A DNA stretch of 64,000 nt, taken from positions 1,056,001 through 1,120,000 of the forward strand of contig CAWHIJ010000003.1 in the NCBI GenBank assembly GCA_963829525.1, in the 5' to 3' direction. Both the position numbers and the translations under genes were made by a program. The stretch is from an uncultured Actinomycetota bacterium. GTDB lineage: Bacteria; Actinomycetota; Actinomycetes; JAHEKZ01. Below are positions 1 through 10,301 of the stretch, in pieces. The notes beneath the pieces were generated by a model. It worked only from the letters and a program-made list of their open reading frames with translations, was not told the origin of the DNA and ran no database searches. Position 1 is the first letter of the stretch; every line of letters starts with the position of its first letter.

Positions 1-4
1 GGAG

Positions 5-1894
5 ATGTCCTCACGCGTTCCCTCAACCGAGACGTCGGCGCGATGGCGAGAGAACGGGTACGAGTACTTCACGCGTGAACCCGAGGGACAGGAGCACCCG
101 CAGCTGTGCCGGGTGGACGGCGGTGGCAACGAGTCGATCGTCCTGGACCACAACGCACTGGTCGAGCCGGGTCACTACGTCGAGGTAGGGGTTCGATCTG
201 TGAGCCCCAACGGCAAGTACCTCGCGTACTCCGTTGACGAGACTGGGGACGAGGTCTACGAACTGCGGTTCCGGGACGTCGCCACGGGCAAGGACCTGCC
301 CGACACGGTTGCGCATACCTACTATGGCGGCGCCTGGTCTGCCAACAGCGAGACCTTCTTCTACGTCGTCCACGACGAGGTCTACCGCCCATACCAAGTG
401 TGGCGCCACAGTCTCGGCACTCCCTCGGCCGAGGATGTTCTCGTCTACGAAGACCTCGACACCCAGTACGACGTAGTGGTCTGGGCTGATCGGGCCGGCG
501 AGCTGATCGTGATCTCCACCTTCAACCGAAACACCTCTGAAGTCTGGCTCGTCGACGCGCATCGCCCTGACGAACCGGCGTGGGTGGTGGCGCCTCGTCG
601 CAGGGGAGTCGAGTACACGGTGGCGCACCTGCCTGGTGAAGGGCGCGGTGAGCTGTTGATCGTCACCAATGATGGCGCTCAAGAGTTTCGGCTCATGGTT
701 GGTTCGGCAGCAAGCTCGTCGCCGGACGGGTGGACCGAGGTTGTCCCGGGAAGTGCAGACACGCGCCTGCACGAGGTGAATGTGTTTGCCCGACATGTGG
801 TTCTCTCCTCGGTGACCAATGGGCGGCAGCTTCTGCATGTCGTGCCCCGCAAGGACGTGGTGTCTGGTCAGCCGGCGACGCTCGCGGACGTTCTCACCAT
901 CGAAGCGGGGATACCTGGCGGTCTCTTGACGCTCTGGCACAACGAGGAACCGGATGTAGACGCAATCCTGATCGAGGTGCAGTCGTACACCGAGCCTGGG
1001 CAGTGGCTGCGGATCGATCTCGACTCGGGACAGCGAACCGTGGTTCGACGCCGCGAGCTCCCCAACTACGACATCGACAACTACGTGACCGAGGTGCGGT
1101 GGGTCACTGCTCGCGACGGTGAGCGGATACCGGTCAAGCTGGCTCGCCACAAGAGCACACCGCTCGACGGGTCCGCTCCCACGCTGCTCTACGCCTACGG
1201 CGCCTATGAGAGCTCTTTCTGGCCCGGCTTCGACGGATCACTTGCCAGCCTTCTCGACCGCGGTGTCGTCTTCGCGCACGCCATGATTCGCGGGGGTGGC
1301 GACATGGGCCGCCGTTGGTATCTCGATGGCTGCATGTTGAACAAGCGCAACACGTTCACCGACTTCATAGACGCGGCCGACGCACTCGCAACCGAAGGTG
1401 TCATCGACGGTTCGCGGATCGTTTCCCGCGGACTCTCTGCCGGCGGCCTGCTGCAGGGTGCTGTCTACAGCATGCGCCCTGATCGCTGGCGGGCCGTTGT
1501 CGCCGAGGTCCCGTTCGTCGACGCGATCAGCTCGATGCTCGACCACAACGTCCCGCTCACTGCGAACGAGGTCGACGAGTGGGGTGACCCACGGATCAAG
1601 GAGCAGTTCGACTACATGCTGTCGTATTCCCCCTATGAGAACGTTCCAGCTGGGAGGCGCCCTGAGCTGCTGGCAACTGGCGCGCTGAACGACCCGCGCG
1701 TCATGGTTCACGAACCAGCCAAGTGGGTGGCGCGGATTCGAGAGACAGCGCAGCCGGGCGACGCGCGGACGCTCTTCCGGGCTGAGCTTGGCGAGGGTGG
1801 ACACCACGGTCCTGCTGGGCGCTACGCCCACCTGGCCTACGAAGCCGAGGTGGCCGCATTCATCCTCGCCGCCGTAGACAAAGTGACCAGTTGA
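5..1894 (+). CDS. ptrB: S9A family peptidase (oligopeptidase B), probably 5'-partial at the window edge
   Basis: Beta-propeller N-terminal region; LLYAYGAYE, IRGGG, catalytic GLSAGGLL, NDPRV and GGH motifs. Confidence 0.9.
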   Translation: MSSRVPSTETSARWRENGYEYFTREPEGQEHPQLCRVDGGGNESIVLDHNALVEPGHYVEVGVRSVSPNGKYLAYSVDETGDEVYELRFRDVATGKDLPDTVAHTYYGGAWSANSETFFYVVHDEVYRPYQVWRHSLGTPSAEDVLVYEDLDTQYDVVVWADRAGELIVISTFNRNTSEVWLVDAHRPDEPAWVVAPRRRGVEYTVAHLPGEGRGELLIVTNDGAQEFRLMVGSAASSSPDGWTEVVPGSADTRLHEVNVFARHVVLSSVTNGRQLLHVVPRKDVVSGQPATLADVLTIEAGIPGGLLTLWHNEEPDVDAILIEVQSYTEPGQWLRIDLDSGQRTVVRRRELPNYDIDNYVTEVRWVTARDGERIPVKLARHKSTPLDGSAPTLLYAYGAYESSFWPGFDGSLASLLDRGVVFAHAMIRGGGDMGRRWYLDGCMLNKRNTFTDFIDAADALATEGVIDGSRIVSRGLSAGGLLQGAVYSMRPDRWRAVVAEVPFVDAISSMLDHNVPLTANEVDEWGDPRIKEQFDYMLSYSPYENVPAGRRPELLATGALNDPRVMVHEPAKWVARIRETAQPGDARTLFRAELGEGGHHGPAGRYAHLAYEAEVAAFILAAVDKVTS

Positions 1895-1982
1895 GGGACT
1901 CTCGCGGCCCAGTCGCTGAGCAGGCTGCGTGTCACGTCCCGCAACTGTTGTGTCGGGGGTCACTCGACCGCACCCTGAACCC

Positions 1983-2873
1983 ATGTTCGAAGAGGGACAG
2001 CTCTACGCACCGGTCACCCGTAAGGGTGACGAGGTCACCGTGCACTTGGCTTCTGACCATCCGGGGGTGGCCGACCCTGAGTACCGCGAGCGCCGCAACG
2101 CGATCGCAGCCGCCGCGCTGGACTGGCATCTCGGCGACCCGCTGCCACTGATCGAGTACACCGAGGACGAGCACCGTGTATGGCAGATCGTCTGCCGTGA
2201 GCTGCACGCCAAGCATGAGCGCCTTGCGCCGCGCGAGGTGGTCCATGCCGGTGAGCAGCTGAGGTTGCCCGTTGACCACATCCCACAGCTGGACGAGGTC
2301 AACACACTGCTCGCACCGCACACCGGTTTTCGGTACCAACCTGCAGCGGGTCTCGTGCCGTTGGCCGAGTTCTACGGCTCGCTGGCCGACGGCGCCTTCT
2401 GGTCGACGCAGTACATCCGTCATGCCTCGCTCCCGCTGTACACGCCAGAGCCTGACATCATTCATGAGGTGATCGGCCACGCCACGACGCTGGCCAGCCC
2501 CAGGTTGGCTGCCATCTACCGCGCGGCTGGTGGGGCGGCGAGACGCTGCCTGACACCGGAGGCGCTCGAGTTCGTCAGCAAGGTGTTCTGGTTCTCACTG
2601 GAGTTCGGGGTGCTGCGTGAGAGCGGTGCGCCGAAGGCCTACGGCGCAGGGCTTCTCTCCAGCTACGGAGAGATCGAGGAGTTCGTCAACGCCGACCTTC
2701 GTCCGCTGGACATCCGAGCGATGGGCACTGTGACCTACGACATCACCCACTATCAGCCGGTGCTGTTCTGTGGCGACTCTCTCGAGCATGTCGAGGACGT
2801 CATCGGCGGATTCTTCGAAAGCGTCGACGATGCCCTGGTCGACGAGCTCACGGCGGTCGTTCCGGCCCCTTGA
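1983..2873 (+). CDS. phhA: Phenylalanine 4-monooxygenase (biopterin-dependent aromatic amino acid hydroxylase)
   Basis: TQYIRH, YTPEPDIIHEVIGH, FWFSLEFG, KAYGAGLLSSYGE, YDITHYQP; ATG 1983 chosen over GTG 1929. Confidence 0.92.
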   Translation: MFEEGQLYAPVTRKGDEVTVHLASDHPGVADPEYRERRNAIAAAALDWHLGDPLPLIEYTEDEHRVWQIVCRELHAKHERLAPREVVHAGEQLRLPVDHIPQLDEVNTLLAPHTGFRYQPAAGLVPLAEFYGSLADGAFWSTQYIRHASLPLYTPEPDIIHEVIGHATTLASPRLAAIYRAAGGAARRCLTPEALEFVSKVFWFSLEFGVLRESGAPKAYGAGLLSSYGEIEEFVNADLRPLDIRAMGTVTYDITHYQPVLFCGDSLEHVEDVIGGFFESVDDALVDELTAVVPAP

Positions 2874-2943
2874 TCAGCAAGCGAGTGATGGCACAGGCCA
2901 GCCCATAAGGCAAAGATGACGGAAGGCCCTCCCACGCGGGAGG

Positions 2944-4779
2944 ATGGAAAGCGTGAATGCCTCGCCTCCAGAATCGTTTGCCGATCTCGGTCTCCATCCC
3001 AAGCTGCTCGCCGCGCTGACTGCGCTCGGCTACGAGGAGCCGACGCCGATCCAGCGAGAGGCGATCCCACTCCTGATGGACGGCCGCGACGTTCTCGGTC
3101 AGGCTGCTACCGGAACGGGCAAGACCGCTGCTTTCGCGCTGCCGATTCTCCACCAGCTGCCCGAGGGTCGTCGCGGCGACCGCCCCTCAGCGCTCGTGCT
3201 CGTACCGACGCGCGAGCTCTGCGTCCAGGTCTCCGAAGCGCTGCACCGGTACGGCAAGGGCCGTGACGCCAGGGTGCTGCCGATCTACGGTGGTCAGCCC
3301 ATCTATCGGCAGCTGCGTGAGCTGAAGAACGGTGTTGACGTCGTTGTCGCAACGCCCGGGCGCGCACTCGATCACATTCAGCGTGGCACGCTCAACCTCG
3401 ACTCGGTTGCCACTGTTGTCCTCGACGAGGCCGACGAGATGCTCGACATGGGCTTCGCCGACGACCTCGAGGGGATCCTGTCGGCGGCGCCGAAGCCACG
3501 CCAGACGGTGCTCTTCTCGGCCACGATGCCGTCTCGCATCTCCAAGATCGCCCGCACCTACCTGTCCGACCCGGTTCGGGTCGAGATCGAGCGCGAACAG
3601 GTCGCCGCTGGTGAGAGCCCCAAGGTGCAGCAGTCGGCGTACATCGTCCCGCGCTCGCACAAGCCAGCGGCGCTCGGTCGCATCCTCGATGTCGAGTCAC
3701 CCACAGCTGCGATCGTCTTCTGTCGCACGCGCGCCGAGGTCGAGTTCCTCGCCGAGTCACTGAACGGTCGCGGCTATCGCGCTGAGGCGCTGCACGGTGG
3801 CATGGACCAGAAGCAGCGAGACCGCGTGATGAGCCGGCTGCGCTCGGAGAAGGCTGACCTCATCGTCGCGACCGACGTTGCAGCGCGTGGCCTTGACATC
3901 GAGCAGCTCACGCACGTCGTCAACTATGACGTTCCGTCAGCGCCCGAGTCGTACGTGCACCGCATCGGCCGCATTGGACGCGGAGGGCGAGAAGGCGTTG
4001 CGATCACGCTGGCCGAACCGCGCGAGCACCGCCAGCTGAAGACGATCGAACGGGTCACGAAGAACAAGATCGCCGTCCAGAAGGTGCCGACCGTCGCCGA
4101 CCTGCATGCCCGCAGGCTTGAGGCCACCAGGGCTGCCCTCGAAGACATCCTGATCTCAGGCGACCTCGGCCATGTCGGCGTGGTCGTTGAGTCACTCACC
4201 GACGAGTACGACGTCATCGAGGTGGCCATGGCTGCCGTCAAGCTGGCACACGAGGCGGTGGCTGGGCCGGCAGATGATGACGAGATCCCAGAAGCTGCCG
4301 CATCAAGCGAAGCGGACTCCGGACGAGGCAAGCACAAAGGCAAAGGCAAAGGTGCAGGTAACGCTAGAGGCAAAGGCGCGTCGAGCGCGCGCGGAGACCA
4401 CAAGGACCGACCACGGCCGTCGACCGGCGGGACGGCCCGGGTCTACGTCGGAGCTGGCCGTACCGGGGGCGTTCGACCGCAGGATCTCGTCGGTGCCATC
4501 GCAGGTGAGACGCGGCTGACCGGCCGCGACATCGGCGCCATCGAGATCACCGATCGTTTCTCGCTCGTCGAGGTGCCGTCAGACTCGGTCGACGAGGTCG
4601 TCGGCGCCCTGCGCGCTACACGGATCAAGGGTCAGAAGGTGCAGGTCCGCCCCGACCGCGACGCGCCGTCATCGTCTCGGCCGCCGGCGCGATCGTCGGC
4701 TAAGCCGGGCAAGTCGTCCCCCCGCCCGCCGGCCAAGAGCTCCGGCAAGGCAGCGCCCCGGCCGCGTGGCGGCCGCTAA
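2944..4779 (+). CDS. deaD: DEAD-box RNA helicase (DeaD/CsdA type with DbpA RNA-binding domain)
   Basis: Q motif, ATGTGKT, PTREL, DEAD, SAT, ARGLD, HRIGRIGR; C-terminal RPQDLVGAI...FSLVEV and basic tail. Confidence 0.93.
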   Translation: MESVNASPPESFADLGLHPKLLAALTALGYEEPTPIQREAIPLLMDGRDVLGQAATGTGKTAAFALPILHQLPEGRRGDRPSALVLVPTRELCVQVSEALHRYGKGRDARVLPIYGGQPIYRQLRELKNGVDVVVATPGRALDHIQRGTLNLDSVATVVLDEADEMLDMGFADDLEGILSAAPKPRQTVLFSATMPSRISKIARTYLSDPVRVEIEREQVAAGESPKVQQSAYIVPRSHKPAALGRILDVESPTAAIVFCRTRAEVEFLAESLNGRGYRAEALHGGMDQKQRDRVMSRLRSEKADLIVATDVAARGLDIEQLTHVVNYDVPSAPESYVHRIGRIGRGGREGVAITLAEPREHRQLKTIERVTKNKIAVQKVPTVADLHARRLEATRAALEDILISGDLGHVGVVVESLTDEYDVIEVAMAAVKLAHEAVAGPADDDEIPEAAASSEADSGRGKHKGKGKGAGNARGKGASSARGDHKDRPRPSTGGTARVYVGAGRTGGVRPQDLVGAIAGETRLTGRDIGAIEITDRFSLVEVPSDSVDEVVGALRATRIKGQKVQVRPDRDAPSSSRPPARSSAKPGKSSPRPPAKSSGKAAPRPRGGR

Positions 4780-4844
4780 GGGGGGTACGGCAGACTCCAG
4801 GGTGCGCCGGGAGAGGGCGTAGCACCGACTGCATCGGAGGGGTC

Positions 4845-6308
4845 ATGTCTGACAGCCACCGCATCTCGCTTCCAGCGGACGGGATCACCGCGGTCCCGGT
4901 CGCCGGAGAGGCGGTAATCGGCACGAAGTCGTCGCAGGTGTCGTCGCCCTTTGACGGTGCCCGCCTCGGCGATGTGCCGCTGCTCGGCAATGCCGAGGTG
5001 GATCGGGCTGTTGCTGCCGCGAAGTCGGCGCTGCACGACCAGCCCCTGGCGCCATGGCAGCGTGCCGAGATCCTCGAGCGGGCCGCGACCTTGCTGCGCG
5101 AGCGGCAAGAGGAGTTCGCCCAGATCGTCTCGCACGAGGCGGCCAAGCCGATCAAGACCGCCCGCGTCGAGGCAGACCGGGCGGCGGGAACATTCGCCTT
5201 CGCCGCCGTCGAGGCGCGCAAGCTGGCCGGTGAGGTCATTCCGATCGCCGCCGCCCCTGGGGGTGACACCAAGGTTGCCTACACGATGCGCGTACCGATC
5301 GGCGTCGTCGGCGCCATCAGCCCGTTCAACTTCCCGCTCAACTTGGTGGCCCACAAGCTCGCGCCGGCCATCGCTGCCGGCTGCCCAGTGGTCCTCAAGC
5401 CCGCGGGACAGACGCCGTTCAGCGCGATCGCCCTCGCCTGGCTGCTGATCGAGGAGTGCGGCCTCCCGGCGTCGTACCTCTCGGTCGTCACCGGCCCGGG
5501 GTCGGTCGTCGGCAACTCCATCGTCGACCACCCTGACATCGCACTTATCACGTTCACCGGATCGCCTGAGGTCGGTTGGGGAATCAAGTCACGGGCACCG
5601 CGTAAGCACGTCGGGCTCGAGCTCGGCAACAACGCTCCGGTGATCATCGCCGAAGACGGCGACTGGAAGAAGGCCGCTGACAAGATCAAGATTGCCGGCT
5701 TCTCACACGCTGGGCAGTCGTGCATCTCGACGCAACGCATTTTGGTGCACCAGTCGGTGGCTGACGAGTTCACCGAGTACCTCGGCTCGATGGTTGCCTC
5801 ACTGGTCGTCGGTGACCCGGCGAGCGACGAAACCGATGTCTCGGCGCTCATCTCGCACAACGAGCGCGACCGCGTCAAAGGCTGGGTCGACGAGGCTGTG
5901 GCGCAAGGCGGTCGCATCGTGGTCGGCGGCGACATCGATGCCAACGGCGTCCTCGCCCCCACCGTGATCGCCAACGCCAAGCCCGAGATGCAGGTCTGTA
6001 TCAATGAGGTCTTCGGACCTGTCGTTGCCATTCAGGCGATCGACTCAGTCGATGAGGGTTTGAAGATCGCCAACGACACGGCGTACGGCCTGCAGGCGGC
6101 GATCTTCACCCATGACATCTCCACGGCGTTCGAAGCCGTTCGCACGCTCGACTTCGGTGGCGTCCTCGTCAACGAGGTGCCGACGTGGCGCGCTGACCAG
6201 ATGCCCTACGGCGGAATCCGCGACTCGGGCAACACCCGAGAAGGCCCGGCCTATTCGGTCCAGGAGATGACCGAGACTCGCCTTGTCATCATCGAGACCT
6301 CCCGCTAA
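4845..6308 (+). CDS. Aldehyde dehydrogenase family protein
   Basis: ISPFNFP, FTGS, LELGNN, GQSCIS, EVFGP, PYGG motifs. Confidence 0.92.
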   Translation: MSDSHRISLPADGITAVPVAGEAVIGTKSSQVSSPFDGARLGDVPLLGNAEVDRAVAAAKSALHDQPLAPWQRAEILERAATLLRERQEEFAQIVSHEAAKPIKTARVEADRAAGTFAFAAVEARKLAGEVIPIAAAPGGDTKVAYTMRVPIGVVGAISPFNFPLNLVAHKLAPAIAAGCPVVLKPAGQTPFSAIALAWLLIEECGLPASYLSVVTGPGSVVGNSIVDHPDIALITFTGSPEVGWGIKSRAPRKHVGLELGNNAPVIIAEDGDWKKAADKIKIAGFSHAGQSCISTQRILVHQSVADEFTEYLGSMVASLVVGDPASDETDVSALISHNERDRVKGWVDEAVAQGGRIVVGGDIDANGVLAPTVIANAKPEMQVCINEVFGPVVAIQAIDSVDEGLKIANDTAYGLQAAIFTHDISTAFEAVRTLDFGGVLVNEVPTWRADQMPYGGIRDSGNTREGPAYSVQEMTETRLVIIETSR

Positions 6309-6384
6309 CCCAAGAACGACGCATTCACCCGCACTGGTGCAACAACCGCCGCAGCCATGCTGGGGATAACTGGTGGCGGGGAGT

Positions 6385-7290
6385 TCAGTCGGGCTCGATG
6401 CCTAGCCTGCGGTAGGCCAGGTCAACGGCGCGCGAGCGTGGCCCGAGCACGGCCTGCAGCGATCGAAGCGTCGTCGCGCAGACGGCCCTGTCAACCTTCG
6501 TGATCGCTGATGGCCTGGTGCTGGTGCCGAGGGCTTCGTGCGCCCAGTCGGGCAGCAGGTCCGTTGATGCGCGGACGAGGATCTCGTAAGGGCCCCAGGC
6601 GCCGACCGGAAGGGCGCGGCCGGGAAAACGCAGGAAGCGCGCGACGGCATGAGCCTCCGGTCCGCCGCCGACCTCGTCCCGGAACGAGTCGAAAGCCTCG
6701 GCCAGCTCGCTGACGGTCGTCGGCGGGTTGGCCACTCCCAGTGGCCGCGCGAGCTGGGCCATCTCCGCCACGTACTGGTCGGCGTCCACCGTTCCGCGTC
6801 CGTAGCGCTGGTAGGCCACGAGCATCGAGTCGGTGAGTCCGATGTGCACCCAAAGCAGCAGGCGGGGATCTTGCGCCGAGTAGGGGCGTCCATCGGGTGC
6901 GGTGCCCGAGACTCGCTCGTGGACGCCGCGCACCATGGCCGCGGTCTGCTCGGCCTGCGTGGTGGAGCCGAAGGTGGACGTCGTCACGTAGAGGTTGGTG
7001 CGTTGCAGACGGCCGAGCGGGTCGGTGCGGTAGGTGGAGTGCTGTTCGACGCCGGCGAGAGCCAGTGGATGGCAGGCCTGCAGCAGGAGCGCCCGCGGGC
7101 CGCCGACAAGGGTTGCCAGCGAGCCATTCACCTGCCAGGCGGCGCTGTCTGGGCCGAACCATCCGGCGTCCCCCGGGGCTCCGATCGCCTTGACCCATGG
7201 AGGTTCGCCGTCGGGGTCACCGGACAAGATGACGCGAAACGTGCGTCGGACGACGTCGCCTGCTGGCGCCAGAAGGGGCAGACTGCTCAT
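6385..7290 (-). CDS. Oxygenase MpaB-like / DUF2236 family protein
   Basis: GWFGPDS..W, RALLLQACHP...GVEQHS, PYSAQDPRLLLWVH; start MSSLPLL. Confidence 0.85.
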   Translation of the reverse strand: MSSLPLLAPAGDVVRRTFRVILSGDPDGEPPWVKAIGAPGDAGWFGPDSAAWQVNGSLATLVGGPRALLLQACHPLALAGVEQHSTYRTDPLGRLQRTNLYVTTSTFGSTTQAEQTAAMVRGVHERVSGTAPDGRPYSAQDPRLLLWVHIGLTDSMLVAYQRYGRGTVDADQYVAEMAQLARPLGVANPPTTVSELAEAFDSFRDEVGGGPEAHAVARFLRFPGRALPVGAWGPYEILVRASTDLLPDWAHEALGTSTRPSAITKVDRAVCATTLRSLQAVLGPRSRAVDLAYRRLGIEPD

Positions 7291-7338
7291 CAGACAAGGA
7301 TGCCGATCTCTTGGCGATGCTGCAGGTCGAGGAGCGCG

Positions 7339-7803
7339 ATGCACCCGAGCAATGTTCGAGTCCAGGAGGCGCTGGACGCTGCCGGCGTCACCGCCGACGT
7401 CCGCCGCCTGCCGGAGTCAACGCACACAGCGGCGGCCGCTGCCGAGGTACTCGGGTGCGAGATCGGAGCCATCGCCAACAGCTTGGTCTTCATGGCTGAC
7501 GATTCCCCCATCTTGGTGATGGCCAGTGGTGCCGCGAAGGTCGACACCGAGCTGCTGGCCGAGACCATCAGTGTGACCCAGGTGCGTAGGGCTACGGCTG
7601 AGGAGGTGCGCAGTGCGACCGGATTCCCGATCGGGGGAGTGGCGCCGGTCGGCCACCCGGCGCCGCTGTCGACCTGGATCGACGTCGATCTCGAGCGCTT
7701 CCCCGAGATCTGGGCGGCCGGTGGGACGCCGGACAGCATCGTCGGCCTGACGTACATGGGTCTGATAACAGCAACCGGTGGTACCCCCACCAGGGTGCGT
7801 TAA
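7339..7803 (+). CDS. YbaK/EbsC family protein (aminoacyl-tRNA deacylase fold)
   Basis: IANSLVF, VRSATGFPIGGVAPVGH, WAAGG. Confidence 0.88.
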   Translation: MHPSNVRVQEALDAAGVTADVRRLPESTHTAAAAAEVLGCEIGAIANSLVFMADDSPILVMASGAAKVDTELLAETISVTQVRRATAEEVRSATGFPIGGVAPVGHPAPLSTWIDVDLERFPEIWAAGGTPDSIVGLTYMGLITATGGTPTRVR

Positions 7804-7807
7804 CGGC

Positions 7808-8068
7808 GTGCCACGACTGATCCACATCAACGGACCACCTGCCATCGGCAAGTCCACGATCGCCGAGCTCTACACCGCGGACCACCCGGGGACGCTTCTG
7901 CTGGACATCGACCGAGTGCGCATGTTGGTGGGCGGCTGGCAGCAGGACTTCGTCGGGATCGGTGAGGTGGGTCGCCAGCAGGGAGCGGGCCATCGTCGTG
8001 CAGAGCGCGCGGGGAACTCGGAGGGGACGTACCGGGAGGTACTTGCGACGTTGACCGACCATCGGTGA
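7808..8068 (+). pseudogene. Truncated AAA/nucleotide-kinase-like P-loop protein
   Basis: LIHINGPPAIGKSTIA Walker A and LLLDID, then similarity is lost and the frame stops at about 86 aa. Confidence 0.6.
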
Positions 8069-8076
8069 CGGCATGC

Positions 8077-8135
8077 TGGTGGATTTCCTGCGTTTTCAGG
8101 CCCCATTTCGCAGTGAAACCGCAGGTAATCCGCCA
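8077..8135. repeat. Imperfect inverted repeat (REP-like hairpin or possible bidirectional terminator)
   Basis: GGTGGATTTCCTGCGTTTTCA ... TGAAACCGCAGGTAATCCGCC, 18 of 21 positions complementary, between convergent genes. Confidence 0.6.
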
Positions 8136-8220
8136 TTTCGGCGGCGTCCACCTGATAGTGAGCGACCCGCCTGCGCTAGCGGCCGCAGGGGGTCCTCCTG
8201 CACTCGGTGGGCTGGGGCGG

Positions 8221-9090
8221 CTAGCTGCGGATCGCTGCCAGGACGTCTACGCCGACCTTGAGGAACTTCTTCCAGTCGCGCGGCTCGGGCGGGTAGAAGA
8301 TGAACTCGTTGAACCCCAGCGGCGCGAACTTCTCGACGAGGGCTGGAACCGCCCCGGGATCGCTCCAGGCGTCGAACGCCTCGTCGAGGGCAAGCAGTGA
8401 CCGCGTCAACGTCGCGGGGTCGCGTCCGATCTCGGCCAGGTAGTCGTCGAGCATGGCGGTGCGTTCGCTGATCTGGCGACGGAACTCGTCGACGTCGGTG
8501 ATGTCGATCCAGGCGTTCCAGGTGTCAGCCACCCGTGCGGCCATCTTGGTGATCCGCGGCCCGTTACCGGCCAGGGCAATAGGTAGCCGTGGTCGCTGGA
8601 CGCAGCCAGGAGCCATGGCAGCGTTCTCGTACTGCGTGAATGTCCCCGTGAAGTCGCTGGTGTCCTGACGGAGCAGTCGGTCGATCACGGCCGTGCCCTC
8701 TTCGAGCCGGTCGACCCGCTCCTTGGCGGGCATCTCGTACGTCGAACGCCCCACCATGAGTTGGTCATCGACCTGACCGCAGCCCAGGCCGAGGATGAAG
8801 CGCCCGTTGCTGAGCTGGTCGACGGTCATGGCGAAGCGCGCGATGTGAACCGGGTCACGCCAGGCCAGGTTGGTGACCATCATCCCGAGCTCTAGGTTGT
8901 CGGTCTCGGTCGCGAGAGCCCCCAGCGTGATCCAGGGATCCAGCAGCGGTGCGCTGCGCTGACGCCAGTCGCCCAGGGTGTCGCCGATCCAGGCGGTGTC
9001 GAACTCTGTGTCCTCCATGCGGAGAGCAAGGTCCTGGCCGTGCTCAGGGTCGCGGGGGAGGACATAGACACCGAAGGAGAGATCTGGCAT
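8221..9090 (-). CDS. LLM class flavin-dependent oxidoreductase
   Basis: LDPWITLGALA, TVDQLSNGRFILGLG, PIALAGNGPR; start MPDLSFG. Confidence 0.88.
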   Translation of the reverse strand: MPDLSFGVYVLPRDPEHGQDLALRMEDTEFDTAWIGDTLGDWRQRSAPLLDPWITLGALATETDNLELGMMVTNLAWRDPVHIARFAMTVDQLSNGRFILGLGCGQVDDQLMVGRSTYEMPAKERVDRLEEGTAVIDRLLRQDTSDFTGTFTQYENAAMAPGCVQRPRLPIALAGNGPRITKMAARVADTWNAWIDITDVDEFRRQISERTAMLDDYLAEIGRDPATLTRSLLALDEAFDAWSDPGAVPALVEKFAPLGFNEFIFYPPEPRDWKKFLKVGVDVLAAIRS

Positions 9091-9133
9091 GCCCGTGATC
9101 GTGCCACAGTCACACTCGTGCAGACTGGTCCCC

Positions 9134-10090
9134 ATGCGTCTTCGAAGCTCCGCTGTTGCGGCTGTCGTCATGTTCGCCATCCTCTGGGGCGCAGCTGGCG
9201 CCACGACGGTGCAGGCCACCGGACCTGACTCTGCGGCGAGGCCCGACCCCAAGGTGTCTCGCCTGGTCGCGGTCGGCGACATCGCGTGCGACCCCAACAG
9301 CCCCAACATCGGCGCCTCTGGGCTATGCCAGCACGCGCGAGTCGGAGCGCTGGTCAAGAAGATGGTTCGCCGAGGTGCGGACAACTTCGTCACCCTGGGT
9401 GATGCGCAGTACGAGAACGGCAGTTACAGCGCCTTCATGGCCGAGTTCGACCCGGCCTTCCGCGCAGTGCGTTCGGTGACGAGGGCCGTCGCCGGTAACC
9501 ATGAGTACAAGACCAAGGACGCGAGCGGACACTTCCGGTACTGGGGCAAGCGGGCCGGCACCAGGAAGCACCCGTGGCGCACCTTCACCCCCGTCGCAGG
9601 ATGGCGAGTCGTTCTCCTCGATTCCAACTGCGAGTACGTCGGTGGCTGTGGACCCAAGTCGCGGCAGGGCAAATGGTTGCGTCACCTGCTCGCCAACAAC
9701 ACTCGCCGCTGCACCGTGGCCATGTGGCACCACCCACTGCAGACGTCCGGTGAGTACGCCGGCAGCGCGGACAGCCAGTCGCGGGCGCTCCCGCTCTGGA
9801 AGATGGTCAACGCAGGTGGCGTCGACCTCGTCCTCAATGGTCACGACCACATCTACGAGCGGTTCGCCAAGCGCAGTGACGTCCAAGAGTTCGTCGTCGG
9901 AACCGGTGGAAAGAGTCACTACGACATCACGACAAAGGCCCCCGGCAGCAAGAAGCGCATCAACGATCGCTACGGCGTCCTGCGTCTCGACCTCGCGAGC
10001 AATGGCACCTACCGCCATGCCTTCGTCACCACGTCCGGGAACGTCGTCGACAGCGGCCAGGCCAGATGCACCAACCGGCAGTCCCGCTGA
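9134..10090 (+). CDS. Secreted calcineurin-like metallophosphoesterase
   Basis: Signal peptide; GDIA, LGDAQY, GNHEY, WHHP, NGHDHIYER. Confidence 0.88.
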   Translation: MRLRSSAVAAVVMFAILWGAAGATTVQATGPDSAARPDPKVSRLVAVGDIACDPNSPNIGASGLCQHARVGALVKKMVRRGADNFVTLGDAQYENGSYSAFMAEFDPAFRAVRSVTRAVAGNHEYKTKDASGHFRYWGKRAGTRKHPWRTFTPVAGWRVVLLDSNCEYVGGCGPKSRQGKWLRHLLANNTRRCTVAMWHHPLQTSGEYAGSADSQSRALPLWKMVNAGGVDLVLNGHDHIYERFAKRSDVQEFVVGTGGKSHYDITTKAPGSKKRINDRYGVLRLDLASNGTYRHAFVTTSGNVVDSGQARCTNRQSR

Positions 10091-10097
10091 CCCCAGG

Positions 10098-10301
10098 TCA
10101 GTTCGCGACAGCGCGCATCGCGCGGTGCGGGCACGCCTTGGCGGCTCGTTTGGCCTGCCGAACGAGGGATGCGTCCGCTGCGGGATCGATGACGGGGAAA
10201 CCCCAACGATCGAGCGTCACCAGGTCAGGGGCAACGAGCGCGCAGATCCCGACGCCGTCACATTTGGCCGCATCGAGCTGCAGGGCTGCTTTCTTCATCA
10301 C
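10098..10301 (-). CDS. Ferredoxin
   Basis: CDGVGIC...CP pattern, DRWGFP. Confidence 0.85.
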   Translation of the reverse strand: MMKKAALQLDAAKCDGVGICALVAPDLVTLDRWGFPVIDPAADASLVRQAKRAAKACPHRAMRAVAN

